Assembly (NCBI GenBank): GCA_044356455.1
Contig: JBIKWF010000004.1
Coordinates: forward strand, 31,648-95,647
Source: Bdellovibrionota bacterium
GTDB lineage: Bacteria; Bdellovibrionota_C; UBA2361; JBGSMV01
Reading direction: 5' to 3'
DNA: 64,000 nucleotides
Position numbers and translations under genes: made by a program. Below are positions 56,449-64,000 of the stretch, piece by piece. The first letter of the stretch is position 1, and each line of letters opens with the position of its first letter. The notes beneath the pieces were generated by a model, which was not told the origin of the DNA, did not search any database, and saw nothing but the letters and a program-made list of their open reading frames with translations.

Positions 56449-56811
56449 ATGAAAGCCGACGTATCCCGTACACGATCAGAAAAATTTGCGAAAAGTGCGA
56501 CTAAGCTTGCGAAAGCACTTAAGGCCCTTGCCCATCCCGCTCGCCTTGCAATTGTTGAGGCTCTCGCTTCTCGCGGGGAATGCGTCTGCGGAGAAATAGT
56601 GGAGGTCGTGCCTCTCGCTCAGGCCACTGTTTCTCAGCATCTTAAAGTTCTTCGTGAAGCCGGATTAATCAAGGGCGAAATTGAAGGCGTAACGTCCTGC
56701 TACTGCTTGGACTCTGCGGGGCTTACTGAACTAGAAACGAACCTTGGAACGCTCTTTAAGAAGCTTGGCAGAGGACCGCGTTCCTCGACGGGATGCTGTT
56801 CACCGAAGTAG
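56449..56811 (+). CDS. arsR: ArsR/SmtB transcriptional repressor
   Basis: KALAHPARLAIV, CVCGEIV, QATVSQHLKVLREAGLI, C-terminal CC. Confidence 0.92.
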   Translation: MKADVSRTRSEKFAKSATKLAKALKALAHPARLAIVEALASRGECVCGEIVEVVPLAQATVSQHLKVLREAGLIKGEIEGVTSCYCLDSAGLTELETNLGTLFKKLGRGPRSSTGCCSPK

Positions 56812-56824
56812 AGCGGGAAAGGTT

Positions 56825-57259
56825 ATGAAGGACGTGAAAAAAAGCATTCTCTTTCTTTGCACCGGCAACAGTTGCCGCAGTCAGATGGCAGAAGGCTGGG
56901 GCAAAGCGCTCCTTGGCGAATTGGTAGAAGTATATTCTGCAGGGACCTCGCCCCAGGGTGTGAATCCGACTGCGGTGAGGGTTATGAAGGAGGTGGGAGT
57001 AGATATTTCTTCTCAGCGCTCAAAGCATGTGGGTGAGTATCAAGGGCACACCTTTGATTTAGTAGTAACGGTTTGCGACGCGGCGGCAAAGGCCTGCCCC
57101 AGCTTTCACGGGGCAAGAGAAGTCCTCCATCATGAATTCGACGATCCGCCTCGTCTTGCGGCCCGCGAAGCATCGCCCGAGGAAGGAGTTCGGCATTTTC
57201 GCCGCGTGCGCGATGAAATAAAAGATTTTGTTGAATCTTTGCGCGCGAGATTTTTATAA
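56825..57259 (+). CDS. arsC: Arsenate reductase (thioredoxin-type, LMW-PTP fold)
   Basis: LFLCTGNSCRSQMAEG, VTVCD...CP, FDDP, FRRVRDEI. Confidence 0.92.
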   Translation: MKDVKKSILFLCTGNSCRSQMAEGWGKALLGELVEVYSAGTSPQGVNPTAVRVMKEVGVDISSQRSKHVGEYQGHTFDLVVTVCDAAAKACPSFHGAREVLHHEFDDPPRLAAREASPEEGVRHFRRVRDEIKDFVESLRARFL

Positions 57260-57270
57260 AGAGGTGACGT

Positions 57271-58140
57271 ATGAGCAATCAGAAATCTGGGGACCATGCA
57301 GTTCGCGAAAAGGTGCGAGAAGGGTATGCCGCAATTGCGAAGAAGGGCGTTTTTTCTGTCGTGAGTGAAGATGCTAGTTCGTGCTCGCCAGGCGGCGGGT
57401 GCTGTGGCCCGGTTACCTTTGATGTCGCTGAGCTCGTGGAAAAAATTGGATACAGTAAAGGAGAGTTATCCTCTGCACCAGAGTCCTCCAATATGGGACT
57501 TTCATGCGGAAATCCAACAGCAATTGCGTCTCTGCGTCCAGGGGAAGTGGTGCTTGATTTAGGGAGCGGGGGCGGATTCGATGTATTTATCGCCGGGCCA
57601 AAAGTTGGGCCATCGGGGAGAGTGATAGGAGTCGACATGACTCCCGAGATGCTCTCGAAAGCTAGGAAAAATGCCGTTGTTTATACGGAGCGAACGGGGC
57701 TGGATAATGTCGAGTTCCGCCTTGGCGAGATAGAGCATCTGCCGGTGGCTAATGCTTCGGTCGATGTCGTGATATCGAATTGCGTAATTAATCTTTCTCC
57801 GAACAAGAAGCAGGTCTGGGCAGAGATAGCTCGCGTCCTTAAAAGCGGCGGGCGAGTAGCGGTTTCAGACTTGGCGCTAAGACAACCGCTTCCCTCTACC
57901 GTGCTGGAGTCGGTTGAAGCTCTTGTTGGCTGCGTTGCGGGAGCTTCCCTGGTATCAGAGATACAACGCATGGCTCTCGAGGTGGGTTTAAAAGAGCTTA
58001 CCCTTATAGAGAAACCAGAATATGTAGAGGCTATGATCAGGTCTGACGATCCGCTTTACCAGAAGATCGTTGCCGAGTTGCCTAAGGGCAGTAAGGTAAG
58101 TGACTACGTGACGAGTTTAGATGTGAGCGCTCGGAAATAA
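57271..58140 (+). CDS. arsM: Arsenite S-adenosylmethionine methyltransferase
   Basis: CCG, GLSCGNP, VLDLGSGGGFD, GVDMTPEML, ISNCVINL, GCVAGA; GAGG RBS. Confidence 0.92.
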   Translation: MSNQKSGDHAVREKVREGYAAIAKKGVFSVVSEDASSCSPGGGCCGPVTFDVAELVEKIGYSKGELSSAPESSNMGLSCGNPTAIASLRPGEVVLDLGSGGGFDVFIAGPKVGPSGRVIGVDMTPEMLSKARKNAVVYTERTGLDNVEFRLGEIEHLPVANASVDVVISNCVINLSPNKKQVWAEIARVLKSGGRVAVSDLALRQPLPSTVLESVEALVGCVAGASLVSEIQRMALEVGLKELTLIEKPEYVEAMIRSDDPLYQKIVAELPKGSKVSDYVTSLDVSARK

Positions 58141-58153
58141 ATTTCTTTCCCGG

Positions 58154-58276
58154 AGAATCTCTGAAAAAGTCTGCTCTGTGAACTCTGTGGTTGATTTAAT
58201 TGTTGAAAAACCACAGAGGGCACAGAGAGCACGGAGGGAAGGAAATAAAATATCGAGGTTTTCTTTCGGAGGGCCC
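58154..58276. mobile_element. MITE family C copy
   Basis: AGAATCTCTGAAAAA...CTCTGTG/CACAGAG palindrome...TTTCGGAGGGCCC. Confidence 0.75.
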
Positions 58277-58303
58277 ATTTTTAAACGGTTCCCTTGCTCT
58301 ACG

Positions 58304-59935
58304 TTACTTCCGAACGAGAGCGAGTTCGGTAAGGAAGCTGCCTGCTTCTGCTTCGGTACTCCCTGTCGGCGGAAGTTCGGCTTTTGTGTCGATTCTGCTC
58401 GCGGAAAGCCCAAGTTTTATCAATTCTCGCTTGAGTCTCTCGGCGCGCAGCTGCGCAAGTCCCACCCGAGCTCTCTCAGGCCCCGTGTTCTCGCTAAATA
58501 CTTTGATTTGAATGCGTGATCGCGGGTGTTTTAGAAGAAGAGCCGTCGTTTCTCTAAGATCCGCTGAAATCGCGGACTGAAGTTCAGGTCTGCCAGGGAC
58601 AAACCGGATGTCCTCAAGAGCAAAAGAGGAGGGGCTTACCACCTGCTTTTCAGGAGAGGCAAGAAGCTGCTCAAAAGAAGTCCTTAGTCTGTTATCTGAT
58701 GTTTCCTGAGGAGTCTCTTTGACGGAAGGCTCGCTGTTAAGAGCGGCAGGAGGCGCCTCTTGCGCAGTTTCTGCGGCATTTTCGATTTGATTCTCTGCTG
58801 GTTTAGCGGAAGCTTCAAGCGACTCCGGATTAAGAGCGGCGCGCAGCTCTCCCGGGGAGCTTTCAATCGGCGCAGAGGCAATTCCGCCTAAATCATTGGT
58901 ATTTGAAAGAGCAAGTGCCAGAGCGGCGGTGTCCGGCTCTTGGCTTCCTTGCGGAGCAAGAGCTTCTTGGGCCGCAGCCTTTTCGGCAGTGCCCGCGAGC
59001 GCAGGTTCGGCTGAAGCAATCAAGGAGTTAGTCTCGGCTACCGGAGCCTCTGAAAGGGGAGCAGGTGCACTTTTAGAATTGGTTGGCTCTTCGGAGAGCG
59101 GAGCCTGCGCGCCCGTCGGTTGAGAGCCGGTTAACTGGGAGCTGCTCAATTCGGTAGGATTGTTCCGAGCGTAAGAGGCCGCGAGCAGATCTTCTCCCGC
59201 TTTTGTGGAAGTTACATACGCATAGCTTGCAACTCCAATCAGTCCAAGCGCAAGGCCAGCGACCATTGTTGAAGGGCTAAGTAGTGTGCGCGAAGTTGAG
59301 GTTGCTTCCGTTCTTGCTCCAGATCCCTTAAGGGGCAGCTCATTTAGCGACGGGCTGGTGAAGGGCTGGGCAAGTGGAGTTCGCGCGGCGCTACCAATCA
59401 CAGGAGTGCTAGGCGCTGCTTTTGGCGCGGCAGACGGCGAGGAAAGTCTTGGAGCCTTCGCTTCTTCGCTTAACAGCGCTTGGGCCGCCGCAAGAGTAAG
59501 CGGACGAAGCGGCGCCGCTTGACCAACAGCAGCAAAGAAAAATACCGAAGCTGCGCCAAGGAGTGCTCGGGCCGATTCAGGCTGAAGGCGGGTAATCGCC
59601 GCAAGCGCACCGCTTAGGCGCTCGGCTTCGCTCCCAAGAAGCGCCTGAGACAGCTCTTTACCAGAGGCAAGTAGCTCCGCGGAGTGGCGGGTAACATCCA
59701 TGCTCTTTAGTCGTGCGAGAGCATCGGCATCAAAGCCGCCTTCATTGATAATCTTAAGGAGCGTAGGCACATGCTTAGATTCAGCACTTGACGTGAAAAG
59801 TACACCTGAAATTGAGGAAAGTGCAGCCGTCAGAGCTGCAGAACACGGTGAGGGTTGCTCGTGTAAAATGTTCGCGAGTGTGGGTGCAAGGGAAGGGGGA
59901 AAAGCTGACAAGGCAGCGCTGATAATCCGACTCAT
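58304..59935 (-). CDS. DUF937-like N-terminus, TM helix, low-complexity linker and degenerate OmpA-like C-terminal domain
   Basis: LGSEAERLSGALA...SARALLG; TM MVAGLALGLIGVASYAYV; IRFVPG...LAQLRAERLKRELIKLGLSASRI. Confidence 0.8.
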   Translation of the reverse strand: MSRIISAALSAFPPSLAPTLANILHEQPSPCSAALTAALSSISGVLFTSSAESKHVPTLLKIINEGGFDADALARLKSMDVTRHSAELLASGKELSQALLGSEAERLSGALAAITRLQPESARALLGAASVFFFAAVGQAAPLRPLTLAAAQALLSEEAKAPRLSSPSAAPKAAPSTPVIGSAARTPLAQPFTSPSLNELPLKGSGARTEATSTSRTLLSPSTMVAGLALGLIGVASYAYVTSTKAGEDLLAASYARNNPTELSSSQLTGSQPTGAQAPLSEEPTNSKSAPAPLSEAPVAETNSLIASAEPALAGTAEKAAAQEALAPQGSQEPDTAALALALSNTNDLGGIASAPIESSPGELRAALNPESLEASAKPAENQIENAAETAQEAPPAALNSEPSVKETPQETSDNRLRTSFEQLLASPEKQVVSPSSFALEDIRFVPGRPELQSAISADLRETTALLLKHPRSRIQIKVFSENTGPERARVGLAQLRAERLKRELIKLGLSASRIDTKAELPPTGSTEAEAGSFLTELALVRK

Positions 59936-60307
59936 AGACGTACTGCAGAACCTCCGGCCATGCAGCCTAGAAACGCACCAGGCTGCCTTTACTACATAGT
60001 CAATTTCGGTAGCCCTATAAGGCCTATTAGAAAGCGCCCCTCATTCAATGAGGGCGCCCCGACTCCCTTGAGAGGGGGCCAAAGCCGCGTTTTCTTTCAA
60101 CTCGCGAAACCATAGCAAGAGCGCATCCTTCGGGGTAGGCAAAAGAATCTCTTAAAAAACGCGGTTATTTTGAGTTTTAGATCGGTAGTAGCGAGGCAAC
60201 CGATAGATAAATTGAATACTGGGTGGAGCGCCCCCGACTTTCGTGAATATTCGAACATCCTATGCGTCGAGGACTACAACATGACTAACTTCTTGTAGGA
60301 GTGAAGT

Positions 60308-60616
60308 ATGGAACTATCGATACGCTCGTCGAAGAGTCTTCTTTCGCCAGCCCTTGAAGGATACATTAGGCGGCGCTTTACCTTCGCCCTAGATAGACTA
60401 AAGGGGTCTATCAGAGAGATAGAGCTTCGGCTCGTAGATGCCAACGGTCCAAGGGGAGGACTCGATAAGCAGTGTTCAGTCCTTGTCGGATTTAACGAGG
60501 GTGAGCCCATAAGAATCGAGACAAAGGAGCGAGACGCGTATCAGGCAATAGACAGTATTGCAAAGAAGCTTAAAGAGACCTTGTCGCGCCGCAAACGTAT
60601 GGGACGAAGGGCATAG
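60308..60616 (+). CDS. HPF/RaiA (sigma-54 modulation / S30AE) family protein
   Basis: LSPALEGYIRRR, DANGPRGGLDKQC, DAYQAID; AGGAG RBS. Confidence 0.85.
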   Translation: MELSIRSSKSLLSPALEGYIRRRFTFALDRLKGSIREIELRLVDANGPRGGLDKQCSVLVGFNEGEPIRIETKERDAYQAIDSIAKKLKETLSRRKRMGRRA

Positions 60617-60635
60617 TCAGCTTGCCGGTTTCTTT

Positions 60636-60823
60636 AGGTGCAAGAGGTGCGACTTGGCCTTACTGCCAATGTCCGGGGCTTTGTGAGCTACCGCTTGAAA
60701 CGCGAAGGACACGAAGAGAAGAGAATTCAATACCTTCGTGTCCATCGCGTCCTTCGCGTTAGAATTTTCGCTCTCGAAGCGCCCCTATACTCACTGGAAG
60801 ATCAATTCTTAATTTCTGCGCTT
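60636..60823 (-). repeat. Repeat family D, copy 2 (inverted relative to 23987)
   Basis: The reverse complement aligns along its length with 23987..24174; outer flanks TTAG and TTAA. Confidence 0.8.
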
Positions 60824-60828
60824 AAGAG

Positions 60829-61413
60829 TCAATGAAGCTTCCTCATCTCTGTGACCGCGGGGAATCGGCAGAGTGAAACAATCAATATGCCGCTCGCAGC
60901 TCCAAGCGCATTGATCAAGATATCTCTCGGATCGGCAACCCTCTGAGGCGCAAAAAGCTGCACAAACTCATCAAGCGTGCCAACCCATGACGCGCCGAGG
61001 AAGCCCCCTACTGCCGCCGTGGTAACTCTGTTCGCTTTACTAAGATCTCGGTAAATGAGTGAGGCAAGGAGCCCATACTTTAAAAGGTGAATTCTCTCCT
61101 CTGCTATGGGGAGTAAAAGAGAACCAGCTGAAATTGCCGCGAGTGCTGCGAGCGCAGAGAGCCTTGCATAGCGCTTCTTTTTTACCGTGTCCCAAAGGAG
61201 CCAAAGAGCTCCCAGGAGTACAAGTATTCCAATAAACTCGACTGCAAAGGCTTTACCTAGCCAGTGCTTAGAGAGTTGCAATAGAGGCCGAAAGACTACC
61301 GCACCGATAAGGAGTCCCATCGCAAAAAGGGTCGGAAACAAGGATATCTTCCCTGCTGAAAGAAGCGTATGGCGACCACTTTTGGTTTGCGCGGGGTAGT
61401 TATTTGAGTCCAT
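60829..61413 (-). CDS. VanZ-family membrane protein
   Basis: EERIHLLKYGLL, GTLDEFVQLFAPQRVADPRDILINALG. Confidence 0.85.
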   Translation of the reverse strand: MDSNNYPAQTKSGRHTLLSAGKISLFPTLFAMGLLIGAVVFRPLLQLSKHWLGKAFAVEFIGILVLLGALWLLWDTVKKKRYARLSALAALAAISAGSLLLPIAEERIHLLKYGLLASLIYRDLSKANRVTTAAVGGFLGASWVGTLDEFVQLFAPQRVADPRDILINALGAASGILIVSLCRFPAVTEMRKLH

Positions 61414-62323
61414 CTCTCTCCCGCGCTATCGAAACTGCCCCATCTTCTCCTGCCTCAATTGAGATAGTTCCCTCATTGTCCGTTCGAAGCACCATTCCCC
61501 AAGCCTTGTAATTTTCAAGGGAGCTGGGCGATGGGTAGCCATAGGGGTTAGGGCTCCCGACGCTTACGACAGTGTACTTAGGGCGCGCCGCACGCACAAA
61601 TTCGGGGGAGGCAGTATGCTTTGAGCCATGATGGCCAGCCTTGAGCACGGTAAGAGGCTCTTGAAGAAATTCGCCTTTCAAAAGCTCAAGTTCGGTCTCG
61701 CGAAGTGCGTCGCCCATAAGAAGCGCGCGAAACTTTCCGCGTGTATACAAAAGAATGAGTGAGTTGTTATTCCAATCGCTCGAGAGCGGTCCCTTTGGAG
61801 GCCATAGAACCTTTAAGCTGCCTCCGCAGTTTAAAGAGATGTTATCGGGGGCACGTAGCTCCCTGTATTGAGCGCTCTTTCTCACGCTAGCCACATACCA
61901 GCGATTAATTCCCTCTTTGAGCTCGGCCTCTGAGAAGTTCTGGCCATTGTCACCAATCGCGCGGATAGCGTGCTGCGTGAGCAGAGAGAACACTCCTCCT
62001 ATGTGGTCAGGATGCGGGTGGGTGAGGATAAGGAGATCGAGATTCTTTTCGGTTCTGCTTAGTAGCTTTTGCGAGAGCTGAGGGCCGGACATGAAATTTC
62101 CCGAATCGACGAGAATGCGGTCAGCGCAGCGAGGTCCAAAATTTTCTATGAGCGCAGCGTCGCCCTCTCCTACGTCAAAAAAAGTCATGCGGAGGTCGGA
62201 CTCTGCGTATGCCTCCCTGGGGCTAAGCTCAAAGGGAAGTATCCGAAAAGGGCCCAGCAATGACGTGCTCAGGGAGGAAAGGAAGAGAAGAAAAATGAAG
62301 ATGCCTCGCATAGGCAGCAACAA
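61400..62323 (-). CDS. ComEC/Rec2-type metallo-beta-lactamase fold protein
   Basis: FFDVGEGDA, THPHPDHIGG, NNNSL, GD, GHHGS, NPYGYP, RTD. Confidence 0.9.
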   Translation of the reverse strand: MLLPMRGIFIFLLFLSSLSTSLLGPFRILPFELSPREAYAESDLRMTFFDVGEGDAALIENFGPRCADRILVDSGNFMSGPQLSQKLLSRTEKNLDLLILTHPHPDHIGGVFSLLTQHAIRAIGDNGQNFSEAELKEGINRWYVASVRKSAQYRELRAPDNISLNCGGSLKVLWPPKGPLSSDWNNNSLILLYTRGKFRALLMGDALRETELELLKGEFLQEPLTVLKAGHHGSKHTASPEFVRAARPKYTVVSVGSPNPYGYPSPSSLENYKAWGMVLRTDNEGTISIEAGEDGAVSIARERDGLK

Positions 62324-62388
62324 TTACGCACCTTTCTCGCGTCGGCAAGGGAGGGGGGGCAGGCTCGCGGGTCGTGCAGAAAACCAAG

Positions 62389-63249
62389 TTAAGCAATGAC
62401 GCTTGCTTTAAACTCCCAGAACCCTTGATGCGTCGCGCAGGCAGCGCCAATGGTGGGAGCCATTTCGGCGCAGGCGGAAAGAACTGAAGGAGATACATTT
62501 ATAAGAAGCATGCCGCTTCCATTGAGTCTATTCCGCTGCAACGTAAGTGGCGTGGTAATAAGATCAAGCGCCGTGGCAGAAATTCCTTGAGACTTAAAGT
62601 ATGCCAGCATCGTCGTGACACGGGTGTAGCTTTTGATCGGATACCAAAGGGCAAGCGATATTTGTGGAGCAGCCTTCAGTGATTCTGCAATGGCGCTCGG
62701 AATGCTCTTCCAGTCTTCTTTCTTGTTCCAGGGAGGATCGACGAGCGCAAAGAGTCGAGTAGAGGTTTCCGTCGCCAGCTTAAGAAGCCCCTTCATCCCG
62801 TCTTCTTGGCGCACGTGCGCAGTGGTTCCTGCGAGCGCGCGAGTAAGAGAGGCGACTGCCTCGGGATCTGTTTCGAAACAATAGAGGGCATCTTGCGGAC
62901 GAAGGAACGAGGCGAGTAGTGGAGGCGATCCTCGATAGCATTTGCTTTCTTCGAGTGGCGGTCGACAGAAAGCCAGAAATTGGTGAAGAGCGGAGGACAC
63001 AGCGGGAGAGGGGATTTGCCGCACGAGGGCGCCGATTCCCTCGGTCCATTCCCCGGTGGGGCCAAGCGAATAGGTTCCTTCACCGGCGAAGGCGTCGACA
63101 AGAGTGAGGGGGGAGGGATCTTGGAGCAGTGAGCGAAGAGCGGCTAAAAGGGCCGCGTGCTTCCAGACATCTCCCACGTTCCCGGCGTGAAAGCGGTGTT
63201 GGTAGTATGTAGGTAATGATTCCTTGGCGTAGGCTTTGTTGTCGCTCAT
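62389..63249 (-). CDS. rlmJ: 23S rRNA m6A2030 methyltransferase
   Basis: YQHRFHAGNVGDVWKH, DAFAGEG, YRGSP, VDPPW, LWYPI, LNGSGMLLIN. Confidence 0.92.
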   Translation of the reverse strand: MSDNKAYAKESLPTYYQHRFHAGNVGDVWKHAALLAALRSLLQDPSPLTLVDAFAGEGTYSLGPTGEWTEGIGALVRQIPSPAVSSALHQFLAFCRPPLEESKCYRGSPPLLASFLRPQDALYCFETDPEAVASLTRALAGTTAHVRQEDGMKGLLKLATETSTRLFALVDPPWNKKEDWKSIPSAIAESLKAAPQISLALWYPIKSYTRVTTMLAYFKSQGISATALDLITTPLTLQRNRLNGSGMLLINVSPSVLSACAEMAPTIGAACATHQGFWEFKASVIA

Positions 63250-63494
63250 GATTGGGGCTCGTAAGGGTTACTCGATTCATGTCCGAGGAAGGAACTCTAG
63301 CCCAGGAAGCTATATACGCCTAGTCGTGATGCCAGCAGATTAAGCCGTCGCCTGACGGGGGAGGTGTCCCGCAGCCTCATATCTCGCGCCGATGCTGCTC
63401 AGTGATTGCTTGAACTCGAGATTCCGAAGGCTTTGGCAGAGGATGTCAGTAGAGAATTGCTGAGCGGTAAAAGAGTATTTTCCTTAACCCACAA

Positions 63495-63764
63495 TTAGCT
63501 CAGCTGAGTCTGGCTCATCTTGGCTGCGTAAGCAGCTCGGGCTTTTTCCGCGCGCAATCGGCGATTGAGATGGCGCCAGCTTTTTGGGCCATCGTTGGAG
63601 TTGGCGAGAGGTGCACGAATAAGTAGAAAGAGTAATGATGCAATTGGGATGAGCGCGCATACGACCGACCACGCAGCGGCGTTCATTCCGCGCTTTTCTG
63701 CGCTTTGATAGACAAGAAATCCAAGGGATATCGAAATGGCGAGTGAGATGAATACGCTCAGCAT
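63495..63764 (-). CDS. Small membrane protein
   Basis: Two TM segments, AEKRGMNAAAW; AGGA upstream of the ATG. Confidence 0.6.
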   Translation of the reverse strand: MLSVFISLAISISLGFLVYQSAEKRGMNAAAWSVVCALIPIASLLFLLIRAPLANSNDGPKSWRHLNRRLRAEKARAAYAAKMSQTQLS

Positions 63765-63793
63765 GGCAGAGTTCCTTTAATGACGTCACCTAA

Positions 63794-63879
63794 GGACTCT
63801 CCGAAAATCTCACCTCTGTGAACCTCTGAGTCCTCTGTGGTGAAATTTTCATGAAGAAATTCACCACAGAGGACACGGA
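63794..63879. mobile_element. Partial MITE family C copy
   Basis: CTAA|GGACTCTCCGAAAA...CTCTGTGGTGAA...TTCACCACAGAG; the right end is missing. Confidence 0.65.
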
Positions 63880-64000
63880 TCGCGACAAGACTAAGCCGTA
63901 AGTGAAGGGAGATAAAGATGAAATAGACTTTGTTGTAAATTCACTGGAGTTATCGAGCTGGTGCGAATCCAGTCTGGGTAAGTCTGCCGACGCCTAGGAG

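Noticed and set aside
59936..60307. Hairpins (e.g. GCGCCCCTCATT/AATGAGGGCGC) as a riboswitch or ncRNA
   Set aside because: No recognisable riboswitch consensus; an Infernal/Rfam scan would be needed.

Overview
Accessory-rich chromosomal segment of a Gram-negative bacterium (TolC, OmpA, an outer-membrane beta-barrel and a lipoprotein are present; the lineage cannot be assigned from sequence alone). The centrepiece is a ~14.7 kb redox locus (26319-41014). A pentaheme c-type cytochrome is divergent from a tightly coupled six-gene operon encoding: an FAD/NAD(P)H oxidoreductase fused to two cyclic-nucleotide-binding domains and a 4x[4Fe-4S] domain; a His-rich membrane protein; an FHA-TM-decaheme cytochrome; a lipoprotein with two GlcG/HbpS domains; an outer-membrane beta-barrel; and a secreted decaheme cytochrome with LVIVD repeats (25 heme motifs across the locus). 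It looks like a cNMP-regulated trans-envelope electron conduit, and I know of no functional description. Other genes: two GNATs (one demonstrably interrupted by a MITE), a degenerate RecQ, a LivJ-type binding protein plus a truncated copy, dapF, an RND+TolC pair without an adaptor, GT2, a DTW protein, a HIT-HD fusion, cvrA/nhaP2, a HEAT-repeat protein, an alpha/beta hydrolase, arsR-arsC-arsM, an OmpA-domain protein, an HPF-like protein, VanZ, a ComEC-type MBL, rlmJ and many orphans. At least four families of short non-autonomous repeats (A-D) plus GTAG-type REPs occur, often abutting stop codons. I saw no transposase, integrase, reverse transcriptase, CRISPR array, tRNA or rRNA.
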